A DNA stretch of 64,000 nt from an uncultured delta proteobacterium. Its GTDB lineage: Bacteria; Desulfobacterota; Desulfuromonadia; Desulfuromonadales; BM103. Both the position numbers and the translations under genes were made by a program. The notes under the pieces were generated by a model that was not told the DNA's origin, did no database searches, and saw only the letters and a list, made by a program, of their open reading frames with translations. Location of the stretch: the NCBI GenBank assembly GCA_963715335.1, contig CAVQRZ010000002.1, positions 17,458-81,457 of the forward strand, in the 5' to 3' direction. Positions 32,606 through 42,810 of this stretch are shown in pieces. Position 1 is the first letter of the stretch, and every line of letters starts with the position of its first letter.

Positions 32606-34753
32606 CTATTTCTTCTCTTTTCCGGCAATCTCGGTGTGTTGCGCAACCAGATCGACAAGGATCGCCATCGACTCCTTGACATAGGCGTCCGCAAGCACGG
32701 CCGTGACCAGTTTTTCTGCAGGGCTCTGCTTTTCTGCCTCCGGTTTATCCGCAGGGGTGTCATTACCCTCATCGGGCATATTGATGTCGCCGTGCTGACT
32801 GACCAGCCCCTGCAGATCGTCTTTCTCTTTGACAACGTCGCTGATCAGGAGCGACTGATGCGTATCCTTGATGCGTTCCTCCATCGAATCGGCAACGCGT
32901 TGTATATCCGCAAAGTCTTTACTGGCGGCAACCCGGTCATGGCTTTTGCTGTTCAAAGCTTTGCGGTCAAAGGCCGGCCATTCCATGTGCTCGACCTCCT
33001 CTATCCGGTCCCATGGCAGACTGTAGTCCAGGTAACGCTCGCCATATTCGTTGTATTGATTCCGGTCCGGCAGGATAATGTCCGGGACCACGCCTCGATA
33101 CTGGGTGGAATCTCCACTGACCCGGTAGAACTTCTGGGTTGTAACCTTCAAGGCCCCAAGCGGCATGTACTGGCGCATGTTGCGCAATGTCAGGCTGTCA
33201 TCCAGATCCATGATGACCTGGACCGTGCCCTTGCCGTGCGTATGCTCGCTACCGACAACCACAGCCCTGCCATAATCCTGGAGGGCCCCTGCCACGATCT
33301 CGGAGGCCGAAGCGCTGAAAAGGTTCACCAGGACGACCAGCGGGCCATGGTAGGCGACCTCCTTGCTGTAGTTGCGCAGCACTTTTGCAGCCCCATCCCC
33401 ATTACGCACCTGCACGACGGGACCCTCACCGATGAACAGCCCGGTGATGCCTACGGCGTCGGTCAATGCCCCACCGCCGTTATTCCGGAGGTCAAGGATG
33501 AGGCCGGTCATTTCCTTCGTGTCGAAGGCCTCGATGGCAGCCCTGACGTCATCCGTTGAGTTACGGCTCTTCTCGCCATTCCTGGCCGACTCGAAATCCC
33601 GGTAGAAGCTCGGCACCTTGATGTACCCGTACTGCTTACCCGAATCAGGATCGGTGAGCATGGTTGATTTGACGAAAGATTCTTCGATAACAACAACATC
33701 ACGCACAATCGGTATGACAAGGTTCTTGATTCCGGGGCGACGTATGGACAGCCTGACTTCCGTGCCCTTGTCACCGCGGATTAGTGCAACGGCATCACGC
33801 AATCGCATATCTGTCACATCAACCGGTTCGCTGTCGCCCTGGCCAACCGCGAGGATGATATCGTCAGCCTGCAGCTTCCCCTGTCTGTCGGCTGCACTGC
33901 CGGGGATGACCTTGACCACCTTGATGTATCCGTCCTCTTCACGCAAAGTCGCACCGATACCTTCCAGCGACCCGCGCATACTGATATCAAAATCCTCCTT
34001 CGATTGGGGAGGCATATAGGCTGTATGAGGATCAAAAGAACGGGCAAAGGCATTCAGATAGCGGTCGTAATGGTCCTTAAGGGGCTCCTTTTTAAGGCGT
34101 TCAAAATACTGGTGATACTGTTTGCGGACTTTTTCCCGGGCTTCGAGCTCTTTTTCACGCTGTTGCTCGGGAGAAGCCTTGAGAGGGTCTTTGACTTCGG
34201 CGTCTTCGAGCAGGTTGAGATAGCGCGTCAAAGTGCGGTATTTGAGATCCGTGCGCCAGCGTTCGGCGAGTTCCTCTACCGTTATGCAGAATTCAAGCTT
34301 CTCGGGATCAGCCTCGTACACCTCGGCGATCGTGAAGTCAAACGGTTCAGCCAAAGCCTTTTCAGCCAGGTTCTCAGCTCTTGCTACACTGTTGCCAAGC
34401 AGACGGAAAGCCAGCGGCGCAAGGATCATGCGGCCGCTCTGGATTTCATCGTCGATCTTGTCGGCAAAGATTTCCAGTTGTTCGACTTCATCAGCCAGGA
34501 GCAGTCGTTTCTGGTAATCCAACTGTTTGATGTACAAATCGAACGCTGCCCGTGAAAGGTTGTCGTCAACGGCCTTGCCGCTGAAATGGTTTTCAACCTG
34601 GCGACGTAAAACATAGGTAAGGAGACGGGCCCGATTCTGGTCCAGCTCATCGGGAGTTGTTGCATTCATCGGTGCCGGGATGATGAACAAACCGGCAAGG
34701 AGCAACGTTACGCTGACCAGGATAGCGCGAAACCATCTTTTTCTTCTTGTCAT
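32606..34753 (-). CDS. prc: carboxy-terminal processing protease (Prc/Tsp, S41 with PDZ)
   Basis: DPHTAY, GIGA (PDZ), LDLRNNGGG, SASASEIVAGALQDYGRA, GKGTVQ; N-terminal signal-like segment. Confidence 0.92.
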   Translation of the reverse strand: MTRRKRWFRAILVSVTLLLAGLFIIPAPMNATTPDELDQNRARLLTYVLRRQVENHFSGKAVDDNLSRAAFDLYIKQLDYQKRLLLADEVEQLEIFADKIDDEIQSGRMILAPLAFRLLGNSVARAENLAEKALAEPFDFTIAEVYEADPEKLEFCITVEELAERWRTDLKYRTLTRYLNLLEDAEVKDPLKASPEQQREKELEAREKVRKQYHQYFERLKKEPLKDHYDRYLNAFARSFDPHTAYMPPQSKEDFDISMRGSLEGIGATLREEDGYIKVVKVIPGSAADRQGKLQADDIILAVGQGDSEPVDVTDMRLRDAVALIRGDKGTEVRLSIRRPGIKNLVIPIVRDVVVIEESFVKSTMLTDPDSGKQYGYIKVPSFYRDFESARNGEKSRNSTDDVRAAIEAFDTKEMTGLILDLRNNGGGALTDAVGITGLFIGEGPVVQVRNGDGAAKVLRNYSKEVAYHGPLVVLVNLFSASASEIVAGALQDYGRAVVVGSEHTHGKGTVQVIMDLDDSLTLRNMRQYMPLGALKVTTQKFYRVSGDSTQYRGVVPDIILPDRNQYNEYGERYLDYSLPWDRIEEVEHMEWPAFDRKALNSKSHDRVAASKDFADIQRVADSMEERIKDTHQSLLISDVVKEKDDLQGLVSQHGDINMPDEGNDTPADKPEAEKQSPAEKLVTAVLADAYVKESMAILVDLVAQHTEIAGKEKK

Positions 34754-34897
34754 ATCAGGACATCCTAACTTCAGAGTAGATTATATGTTTTAATTCATAT
34801 CATCACATAATAACCCAGCCTTATCTCTTCTGGCAATGATCTTGACAATCGCTCACAGTCAAGCTATCAAAAGAGTTAGGTCGAACAGGATGGGAAG

Positions 34898-35341
34898 ATG
34901 AACAAGGCACAGGAAGGTGATACGGTCACCATCACGTTTCAGGGGCTGCTTGATGACGGCAGCGTATTCGACGCTTCGGACGAGATCGATCCGTTGAGCT
35001 TTGTCCTGGGTGAGAACGAAGTCCTCCCGGGACTGGAGCTTGCGGTTGTCGGCATGGAGGTTGGAGGCCAGAAAACCGTGACCGTTCCTCCCGAGCAGGG
35101 CTACGGAATCCATCAGCAGAGACTGATTGAGGTCGTCGATATCGATGCCTTGCCAAAGGGATTGTCGCTCGCCGTCGGTGACAAACTCGAAGTGACTGCC
35201 GAGGATGGCGCAGTTTTCCAGATGGAGATCGTAACCAGAGATGAGCGGACTGTTACGGTTGACGCCAACCACCCATTGGCAGGACGCTCACTGATTCTGC
35301 AGATAGAAGTTGTTTCAATTGACAGGCCAACACTGAACTAG
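34898..35341 (+). CDS. FKBP-type peptidyl-prolyl isomerase (SlyD/SlpA-like, no His-rich tail)
   Basis: DGSVFDAS...LPGLELAVVGM...PEQGYG...VDANHPLAG. Confidence 0.9.
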   Translation: MNKAQEGDTVTITFQGLLDDGSVFDASDEIDPLSFVLGENEVLPGLELAVVGMEVGGQKTVTVPPEQGYGIHQQRLIEVVDIDALPKGLSLAVGDKLEVTAEDGAVFQMEIVTRDERTVTVDANHPLAGRSLILQIEVVSIDRPTLN

Positions 35342-35423
35342 GAAATGACAGCAGCCCTTTGCGCTTTGAACGACTGCCACTTTCCGTTAGAATATAAAAA
35401 ACATTAAGGGCGAGGTGTGTATC

Positions 35424-35612
35424 ATGATGATCAGAGTCATGTACAGTGATGGAAGATTCGACATAGTTAAGCCGAACCTGCTCGACGACCTGATCGAGCG
35501 AGATGTGATCACAAGCTTCAAACGTTCTACCGGCTGGGCGGTTGTGGGCCGTGATCCGATCCGCAGTTCTGACCGAGCCGAGTATGGTGGCGCAGAAAGG
35601 CGCGTCGCATAA
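35424..35612 (+). CDS. GSU3473-family small protein
   Basis: MMIRVMYSDGRFDIVKPNLLDDLI...FKRSTGWAVVGRDPIR...ERR, recognised from memory of this family; GAGG RBS. Confidence 0.8.
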   Translation: MMIRVMYSDGRFDIVKPNLLDDLIERDVITSFKRSTGWAVVGRDPIRSSDRAEYGGAERRVA

Positions 35613-35648
35613 CAGCCTGCCGGGCCACGCGGCCCTGAAAATAAAACC

Positions 35649-35694
35649 AGCCAACGGCAGTACTCTCTCCAGGGTATTGACTGTTGGCTTTTTT
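35649..35694 (+). terminator. intrinsic terminator between convergent genes
   Basis: agccaacggcagtactct...agggtattgactgttggct followed by a T run. Confidence 0.6.
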
Positions 35695-35712
35695 GTTAGA
35701 TGAACATAGTCT

Positions 35713-38700
35713 CTATTCATCAAGTACGACCCACCCGTCGAACACCGGAAAATAGAGCGCCGCCCGGACTGACTGCCCCGGATACAGCTGCCGGACCAGC
35801 TCCAGGTAAACCCGCAGCTGATCCTGATAACGCTCCTTCTCCTCCAGGAGAAAAGCCTCGCGGCACAGGCCATCGGTCGGCGGACCGCTGGTCTTGTAAT
35901 CGACAACCCACCTGAGCCCGGATTCATCGACAAAAACCCGATCAATGGTTGCCCGAATCAACTGGCCGTCAATCAAACCGTTTATGGCCAGTTCGCTATG
36001 CGCACCCGGATGGTCTCCCAACAGCCAGCGGCCACGATCGCTGCCGAGGGTGTTATTCAGGCAGGCCTCTATCCTTGCTGCGCAGTCTTGGAGTCGGGCA
36101 CGAGGGATACCCTGGGCGCCCAATTGCAGCTTGAAGAGTTCAGACTGCTTCCTGACGGCATTTTCCGACCACAGGCCGGGGCCGTCATTGGCGATCCGTT
36201 CCAGCCACAAATGGACCAGCGTGCCGACAACCCTGCCCTCTTCCGTTCGGCGGGATTTGATTGTCCCCTCCTGGTAATGTGCCCCCAGCGATGCCCGTTG
36301 TAGCAGAGGCTCTCCGGCCGTCAACGATGACGCCAACTGTGGGAGTTGCCATCCCGCTGGTAGGCGCCTCAGCTGCGGAGGCAGCAATTCGTCTGGCGTT
36401 TCTTTCTCAGCACTGACCGCAGGGTCGAAAAAAACTTCGTCGAGGCTGGGCCAGACAACGGACAGAAGTGAGCCGGACAAAGGAACCAGTTTGTCCGCCG
36501 AATTGAGGGTTGCATGCCCCAACAGGTGGAGACGGGATTTCGCCCTGGTTACAGCGACATAGAGCAGCCGCAAAGTCTCGAGATCATCCTTCTCCTTGAG
36601 AATGTGGCCAAGGGCCTGGTAGGTCGGGTCCTGATCTTCACTTGCATAGGGCGGAATCGGCGCCAGCAGGAGTTCATAGTCCGGATGTTCCAGCCAGCGG
36701 AGCAAGCCCCGCTCGCGTGAGCGGATACCGCGTCCCAGGCCGGGCAGGATCACGGTATCGAACTCGAGTCCTTTCGCCTTGTGAATCGTCATCAGCTGCA
36801 AATCCGGCCCCGCCTGCGGGTCGGGAGCAGCGAACAGCCGCTTGAGTTTCCTTTCAAGCGCCTCGACAACCATGTCCGCACCGGATTCTTCCAGCAGGGA
36901 CAGCACCTGGCGCACATCCAGCAAATCCGCTTCATCGACACACGCCGGGCCACCCAGGGCCAGCCAGGTTGATGCGATCAGGCGACGCAGACTGATCCTG
37001 CCAAGGTTGTTCAGCGCCCTGTCCAGGATGGGCACAATCCGCTCGAGACGATTCCTGCCGTCCGCGCTGATCCGGTCAAACATCTCGGTCTGTTCAACCG
37101 GTCCGTTGAGCAATTGCCAGACCGTGCTTCTGGCGTCTTCGCCACACAGGCCGGCCAGGTCGTCCAGGGTCAATCCGCACCACGGTGCCCTCAAAACCGA
37201 GAGCCAGGCGACCCTGTCTGCCGGGTGATGCAGGGCGCGAACCAGCGAGAGGAGATCCTGTACCACGGGACGGGCGGTTAGAGGATCAACATCCTGCGCC
37301 TGGTAGCGCATGCCCGACTTTTTCAAGGCGTCGACAATCGGAACCAGGTGGTTCCGTGAACGGACGAGGATAGCGATCTTGCCGACAGGGTCCTCCTCCC
37401 TCGCCTGCCTGATCAGTTCAATGACGGCTTCTGCTTCGGCAGCATCCTGTCGACCGACAAAACCGTGGATCGAAACCGGGGCCTTCGGCGTGGAACGGTC
37501 AAAGGCAGAGGCCCTGGAAAAACTCACGGCACCCCTGACTTCGTCTTCTTCTGCCGGGAAAAGCCCTGCAAACTTCTCGTTGACCCATTCAACCATGGGT
37601 TTGACGGAGCGGAAATTTGTATTCAGAACGACCCGCTCCATCGGCAGGCTGTCCAGGCCACGTTGACAGACCCGCAGGTAGAGACCGACTTCTGCCTCAC
37701 GAAAACGGTAAATCGACTGCATCGGATCACCGACGACGAAGAGTGTCCGCCCGTCGTCCGGTTCCCAACCTGCAGTCAGGCAGCGCAGGAGATCGTACTG
37801 TGCGTAAGAGGTATCCTGGAATTCATCGACCAGGATATGTCGAAGGCGACCGTCCATCTGCAGCAGCAACTCCTCCGGTGCCATGGCAGAGCCGAGGGCC
37901 TGGTGCGCCGCACCGGCGATTTCAATAAAGTCGACCTGCCCCTGCTGACGAAATACCTCCTGCAATTCCACGACTGCCAACGGCAGCAGGTCGATCAGCG
38001 CTTCCAGAACCAGCCATTGCTCCTGTGAATACGAGGCGGCGGGCAATCGACGGAGGTCCTGCATCGCCCGGGCGGCAGCGGGATCTTCCCGGAAGCGCCG
38101 TAGAAGCTCCAACGCCCGTGCCTTCATGTCGGCGGCCTTGTCAGGCTTGCCGGTCGGAAAACCGTTGTTCTTGTTGAGGCTTTTCCTGACCTCGCCGCCT
38201 GCCGTCAAGACCAGTTGAGACATTGCCTGCCATTGGCTGAGAGATTCACGATCTTCAGCTGCCTGCAACAGGCCGACGAAATCGTGACCGGGCTGTTCCT
38301 CCAGCAAGTTCCCTGCCGCATACAGGGTCAGGGCCCTGAGTTCCTGGTACACGTCGTGGGCTATGACACCATTGAGATGCTGAAGGAAAGATGCAACGTA
38401 AAGCTGCAACCCGGATTCGAGCAGTTGGCGAGGCTGCAGTTTACGTTTCGCGACCAGATGCCTCAGCCACTGGTCGCGTCGCCCGAGCATGGCAACGATC
38501 AGGTCACGCAACAGCTTGAGACGATTATCCAGATGGAACAGGAGCCTCTCGATCGATTCGTGCCCCGCAGAGCCATTCTCAAGCCTGGATAGAAGCGTCT
38601 CCGCCGCCTTGGCATAAAGATCAGCCGGGTCGTCTGTAACCTTTGGCTGGTCACCGAAACGGGACATCCACGGCATCCTGCGGGTCAGGAAGGCACAGAA

Positions 38701-39072
38701 GCTGTCAATTGTCGTCAGCTGCAGGCGTGACGGGTTTTGCAGAAGCTGCCAGCCCAATTCCTTGTCGCGGCTGAGCACTGCGCGCGCCCGACGCCAGGTG
38801 TCGGCTGCATGGGCTTCAGCAGGCGGCTGGTCGTGCTGCGCCTTGTCCAGGGCCTGGAGTAGGCGCAGCTTCATTTCGCCGGCGGCTTTGCGGGTGAACG
38901 TGATCGAAAGGATCTCTTCCGGGCTCGTTGCTGCTGCCAGCAGCGAGAGAATCCGCTGAACCAGCAGTTCGGTCTTGCCTGACCCAGCGGGAGCCTGAAC
39001 GATGCAGGACCTGGTGATGTCGAGCGCCTTTTGTCTTGCGTTCCAGTCGGGAGGCAAATAATTCTTAGCCAC
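35713..39072 (-). CDS. AddA/RecB-like UvrD helicase-nuclease
   Basis: QAPAGSGKT, LVDEFQDT, VGDPMQSIYRFR, MTIHKAKGLEFD, LLYVAVTRAK; C-terminal IDRV...VVDYKT. GTG start at 39072 after GGAGG. Confidence 0.9.
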   Translation of the reverse strand: MAKNYLPPDWNARQKALDITRSCIVQAPAGSGKTELLVQRILSLLAAATSPEEILSITFTRKAAGEMKLRLLQALDKAQHDQPPAEAHAADTWRRARAVLSRDKELGWQLLQNPSRLQLTTIDSFCAFLTRRMPWMSRFGDQPKVTDDPADLYAKAAETLLSRLENGSAGHESIERLLFHLDNRLKLLRDLIVAMLGRRDQWLRHLVAKRKLQPRQLLESGLQLYVASFLQHLNGVIAHDVYQELRALTLYAAGNLLEEQPGHDFVGLLQAAEDRESLSQWQAMSQLVLTAGGEVRKSLNKNNGFPTGKPDKAADMKARALELLRRFREDPAAARAMQDLRRLPAASYSQEQWLVLEALIDLLPLAVVELQEVFRQQGQVDFIEIAGAAHQALGSAMAPEELLLQMDGRLRHILVDEFQDTSYAQYDLLRCLTAGWEPDDGRTLFVVGDPMQSIYRFREAEVGLYLRVCQRGLDSLPMERVVLNTNFRSVKPMVEWVNEKFAGLFPAEEDEVRGAVSFSRASAFDRSTPKAPVSIHGFVGRQDAAEAEAVIELIRQAREEDPVGKIAILVRSRNHLVPIVDALKKSGMRYQAQDVDPLTARPVVQDLLSLVRALHHPADRVAWLSVLRAPWCGLTLDDLAGLCGEDARSTVWQLLNGPVEQTEMFDRISADGRNRLERIVPILDRALNNLGRISLRRLIASTWLALGGPACVDEADLLDVRQVLSLLEESGADMVVEALERKLKRLFAAPDPQAGPDLQLMTIHKAKGLEFDTVILPGLGRGIRSRERGLLRWLEHPDYELLLAPIPPYASEDQDPTYQALGHILKEKDDLETLRLLYVAVTRAKSRLHLLGHATLNSADKLVPLSGSLLSVVWPSLDEVFFDPAVSAEKETPDELLPPQLRRLPAGWQLPQLASSLTAGEPLLQRASLGAHYQEGTIKSRRTEEGRVVGTLVHLWLERIANDGPGLWSENAVRKQSELFKLQLGAQGIPRARLQDCAARIEACLNNTLGSDRGRWLLGDHPGAHSELAINGLIDGQLIRATIDRVFVDESGLRWVVDYKTSGPPTDGLCREAFLLEEKERYQDQLRVYLELVRQLYPGQSVRAALYFPVFDGWVVLDE

Positions 39073-41758
39073 CAGCACCTCCAAGATCGACGTCCTGCTG
39101 CTCCAGGATGCGACAAAGGCCGGTCAGATCGCAATACTGGCAGGCAAGCTCGAAGCCGACCGGGGCAACAGCGGCGTGGCCACTGGAAAAGTTGTCGCCC
39201 AAAGCAGGCAACACGCTGTCCCAGTGCGACAGGACATCATCGAGGTTCTTCCACCCCTTCTCACTGAAAAGCTTCTCGAGTTTGTTGGATTTTGCCCCAG
39301 GCCAGGATTCCGTTGAGCGGGCCAGGCCACGGAACCCGCATTCTCCAGGTTTGCTGCGAACTTCTGCGAACATCACCGCGCCGATGCTGTGCCGATGCAA
39401 ACCAAGACAATAGAGCGGCAATTGCGGTTCCGTAACCCGCTCGTCGAGCCATTGGGCAGGGTCGGGGCGCCCAGTCTTGTAGTCAATGATCGCAGTCGTA
39501 CCGTCTGCAAGTTCATCGATGCGATCGATCCTGGTGCGGATGGTCAGATTGCCGACCTTGATCTGGTGGTTTTTTTCAGCGCCCGTAACCCGAAAATCGT
39601 CGCGGCGGGCCTCGATATCGAGCCATTGGCGGGCGACGGTCAGCAGGCGGCGGGCTTCAAGCTGCCGCTGCCGGGCGGGCAGATCATTGCGTCGCTCCTT
39701 TTCGAGGCGCTCCATGGCAGCCTCAACGGCAAGCTGGATTTTCGTGTGCAGGGTTTTTTCATCCAGGGCCAGCAGGGCTGAGTGGTCACCGACATCGTTC
39801 CAGAACAGCTCCAGAACCGTATGGACCAAGGTGCCGCGCGACATGTTGTCGATACCGACATCCGGGACATCAAGGCGTTCTGCCCTGAGCCGGTGGTGGG
39901 CAAAGGCCCGGAAAGGACAGAGAGCCTGGTCCTTGATGATGCCGGTCCCGCCGGAGAACGGCTTGCGTGTGGAAAGCGCCGGGCCCTTACTGTCCGTGAT
40001 TTTTTCGAGCTCGGGCCGATGGGCCCAGATCAGCCGGTCAGGTGCAGCGGCATCAGCGAAGAACAGTGTCGCCTCGGCAACACCCGCGATCAAGGGGCTT
40101 GGCCTTTGTTCTACGCCGTCTGCCATTAACGGCCAACTGACCACGAAATCGGCAGAGGCGGAGAGAAGACGACTGACTACCTGTTTGGCGAACTGGAATT
40201 CCCGCTCGGCGCATGACCGCTTCATTGCGAAGCGACGCTGTACGGGCAACGGGATGAAAGGATTCGGAGCGGGTGGTTTGGGCATGGCCTTGGCGCTCAT
40301 GCCGAGGACCCAGAGGTGGTCAAACGTCATACCACTCGATTCCAGTTCGCCAAGCACCTGGATCGATGTATCGTACCCTTCCGGCTGGAATTCCGTTGCA
40401 CTGACCAGCCGAAACAGGATCCTGACCGCCTCGGCTCGGCCAAGCGGCCTGGAGACCCCATCCAGGCTTGCCAGCTGCGCAAGGGTATCCCTGAAGTGTT
40501 CAACCGCCTGGAATTCCCGACTGGAGAGACCGCGTTCTCCCGGCCAGCCGAGCTTGCGCAGAAGGCTGGTAAAGTGTTCGGCCCATGCACCGGGAAGTTG
40601 CCTGGTGGACTTCTTCTGCTCAGCGACAAGGGCTTTAAATAAAGCCAGGCCGTCTGGTATGGCGAGCGCATACTTGTCGGCCAGTCCGGCGACCACCTTG
40701 ACGAGACGTGACAATCTCCAGTCGAACCTTTTGAGCTTCCGTAGTTCACGATCGATCTGTGCCCGACTGGCGCTTTCCGTGAGCGCATTGCCGAGATAGG
40801 GGGTATTCAGAAGCCAGCTGACCTCTTCATGGCTGACCTGTACTCCGGTGCGCAAGAGCCTCAGGGCGGCATGAATCACCCCTTCCCTGTTGAGACTCTG
40901 GCCGAGAGACAGATTGAAGGTCTGTTGTGTTTCGTCTCCCTTCACCAGGGCCTGTGGAGCAAGCTCTGCAGTGAAGATTTCTTCGATCAGTGGACGATAG
41001 GCTTCAAATTGCGGCACGACCACACCGATACTCGCCGCCGGGTTGCCGGACAGAAGGCCCCTGATCCAGCGTGCACAAAGGCTGACTTCTTCGTAAGGGC
41101 CGTCTGCAATGACCTGGCGTGTGGTTTCGGCACATGACGACGGATGCCATGATTGCAGGGCTGTACCGCGGCTTTCCATCGCCTTGCAGAGGTGCTGCAG
41201 GTCAGGCGCCAGCTCATCAAAACCGGCCAAGACGATTCTCTCGGGCAGTTGGACACGTCCTGCCATGATGGCTTCGGCAACCAGCCATGGCAGTTCGGCA
41301 GAGTCGTGCCAGGCGTTCCTTTTGGCCTGTCCCGTCCAGGCAGACCGCCAGCGAAGAAAGGCCCGGTGATCATCAGCGGCCAGGTTTGCATCGAAATCCG
41401 CCGCATAGCTTACCAGCAATTGGTGGGCCTGCAGGGCGCGCCGGGCGGCCTGTGGAGCTTGCAGGAGATGATTGCCGGTCTGCTCGATATCCTCTTCAAC
41501 AATCATCTCCCAGACGCGCTGTAGCTGGGCTTTGCTCAGGAACGACGGTAGCTCTGGCAAGGTTTTCTGGCAACGTGACAGCCATGCGGAAACGCTCAGG
41601 ATGTCAGGGCGCAACCAGGCCGAGAGCCCCTGCCCCTGCTGCTCGAGATCAAATTGCCGGTGCAGGTACCTCGAAAGCCGGTCGTTGACCGTCAGGATGA
41701 GATGGCCATCTGTTGCCGCCTGATAGAGGGTTTTATCCATGGGTATCATTCCGGTCAT
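39065..41758 (-). CDS. AddB-like PD-(D/E)XK nuclease with Fe-S staple cysteines
   Basis: QALCPFRAF, RIDRID...IIDYKTG...PQLPLY, ACQYCDLTGLC. Overlaps the helicase start; true start may be 41740. Confidence 0.85.
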   Translation of the reverse strand: MTGMIPMDKTLYQAATDGHLILTVNDRLSRYLHRQFDLEQQGQGLSAWLRPDILSVSAWLSRCQKTLPELPSFLSKAQLQRVWEMIVEEDIEQTGNHLLQAPQAARRALQAHQLLVSYAADFDANLAADDHRAFLRWRSAWTGQAKRNAWHDSAELPWLVAEAIMAGRVQLPERIVLAGFDELAPDLQHLCKAMESRGTALQSWHPSSCAETTRQVIADGPYEEVSLCARWIRGLLSGNPAASIGVVVPQFEAYRPLIEEIFTAELAPQALVKGDETQQTFNLSLGQSLNREGVIHAALRLLRTGVQVSHEEVSWLLNTPYLGNALTESASRAQIDRELRKLKRFDWRLSRLVKVVAGLADKYALAIPDGLALFKALVAEQKKSTRQLPGAWAEHFTSLLRKLGWPGERGLSSREFQAVEHFRDTLAQLASLDGVSRPLGRAEAVRILFRLVSATEFQPEGYDTSIQVLGELESSGMTFDHLWVLGMSAKAMPKPPAPNPFIPLPVQRRFAMKRSCAEREFQFAKQVVSRLLSASADFVVSWPLMADGVEQRPSPLIAGVAEATLFFADAAAPDRLIWAHRPELEKITDSKGPALSTRKPFSGGTGIIKDQALCPFRAFAHHRLRAERLDVPDVGIDNMSRGTLVHTVLELFWNDVGDHSALLALDEKTLHTKIQLAVEAAMERLEKERRNDLPARQRQLEARRLLTVARQWLDIEARRDDFRVTGAEKNHQIKVGNLTIRTRIDRIDELADGTTAIIDYKTGRPDPAQWLDERVTEPQLPLYCLGLHRHSIGAVMFAEVRSKPGECGFRGLARSTESWPGAKSNKLEKLFSEKGWKNLDDVLSHWDSVLPALGDNFSSGHAAVAPVGFELACQYCDLTGLCRILEQQDVDLGGAGG

Positions 41759-42167
41759 GATGTTGAGATCTCATCACGGCCGCTTGACGGAATATGACAC
41801 AACCGGCAACAGAGCCAACCGTGTCAGCGACCAGGTCCCACCATTCGGCAAACCTTCCTGCCTGCATGGCCAGCTGCATGATTTCGATCAGGCCGCCATA
41901 CAGGACGGCAAAACAGGCGGCATAAAAACCGGCTTTCCAGTGACCCGTGCAGTGGATCTGCAGGTATTGGGCGACAAGGACTGTCAGCAATGCATAAGCC
42001 ACGGCATGCAGCAGCTTGTCCCAACCGAGGACGCCGGGAATTTGCGGCGGGTTTGAGGTCAGCGAGAGCAGGCAGATTGCACAGGCCCAGAGGATGGGCA
42101 GAGCAAGGCGAACAGCGTATTTGAAGTTGCGCAGTTCGCGAGGTTTATTGTCAGACGTGGCCGCCAT
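41733..42167 (-). CDS. VanZ-family membrane protein
   Basis: DKLLHAVAY...GLIEIMQ...R.AEWWDLVADTVG. Confidence 0.85.
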   Translation of the reverse strand: MAATSDNKPRELRNFKYAVRLALPILWACAICLLSLTSNPPQIPGVLGWDKLLHAVAYALLTVLVAQYLQIHCTGHWKAGFYAACFAVLYGGLIEIMQLAMQAGRFAEWWDLVADTVGSVAGCVIFRQAAVMRSQHHDRNDTHG

Positions 42168-42198
42168 ATTGTTCGACAGGTTAACCTATCCTGCGCCA

Positions 42199-42226
42199 TA
42201 AAAAAAGGGCCGATGAACGGCCCTTT
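42199..42226 (-). terminator. intrinsic terminator after the Cus-type operon
   Basis: aaagggccg-atgaa-cggcccttt with an A run on the left (U tract on the minus strand). Confidence 0.7.
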
Positions 42227-42265
42227 GATTACGCTGCTATAGATCTGTTAAATCAGCCATTTTCG

Positions 42266-42776
42266 CTACATGTTGTGGAAGTCAACCTCAAACTGGCGCT
42301 TCTTGCCGTCTTCCAGCTTGGTGCCGATTTCAAAGGTGTACATACCCTTCCCCTTGACCGTGACGTCGCTGCCGAAGCCGTCACCCATCAGCATCATCAT
42401 GACCGGCTTGGCAGGTGTGTCTTCAGCGCCTTTGACCTTGACCGCGACCATGCCCCCGGCAACCGGCTTGCCGCTCTTTTCATCAGTAAAGTAAACCATG
42501 ACATGATGGGTGGCCTCCAACCCCATGGTTTTCATCTTGTCGATGGTTTCGCCGTCGTAAGCCTTGATCTGGACAGTCGCAACAACGCCATCTTGAGTCT
42601 CTTTGCCGACATCAACAAAGCCGCCGCCCATGTGTCCCCATATCGTGGCCCTTGTGCATGTCGTCGGCCATCGCCTGGCCATGGGCGCTGTGGTCACCGT
42701 GACTCGCCGACAGGGCAAGCATCGGCATGGTCATGGCAAAAAACATCGTTAGAAGAGCAATCGTTAGATTTTTCAT
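42266..42776 (-). CDS. exported His/Met-rich protein, putative metal chaperone (frameshift near 42637)
   Basis: Signal peptide MKNLTIALLTMFFAMTMPMLALSA, then SHGDHSAHGQAMADDMHKGHDMG, joined to ...ATHHVMVYF...VMMMLMGDGFG. Confidence 0.7.
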
Positions 42777-42810
42777 TGTTTTTCTCCTTAGGGGGTTGTG
42801 GTCAGCAGCA

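Noticed and set aside
39486..40799. Long antisense or shadow ORFs (e.g. 39486-40799, 1488-2474, 32567-33559, 43246-44151, 22075-22971)
   Set aside because: They lie opposite well-supported genes in GC-rich DNA and show no recognisable motifs.
35713..41758. Helicase/nuclease pair as a novel defence system
   Set aside because: Motifs, Fe-S cysteines and gene order match a standard AddAB-type repair complex.
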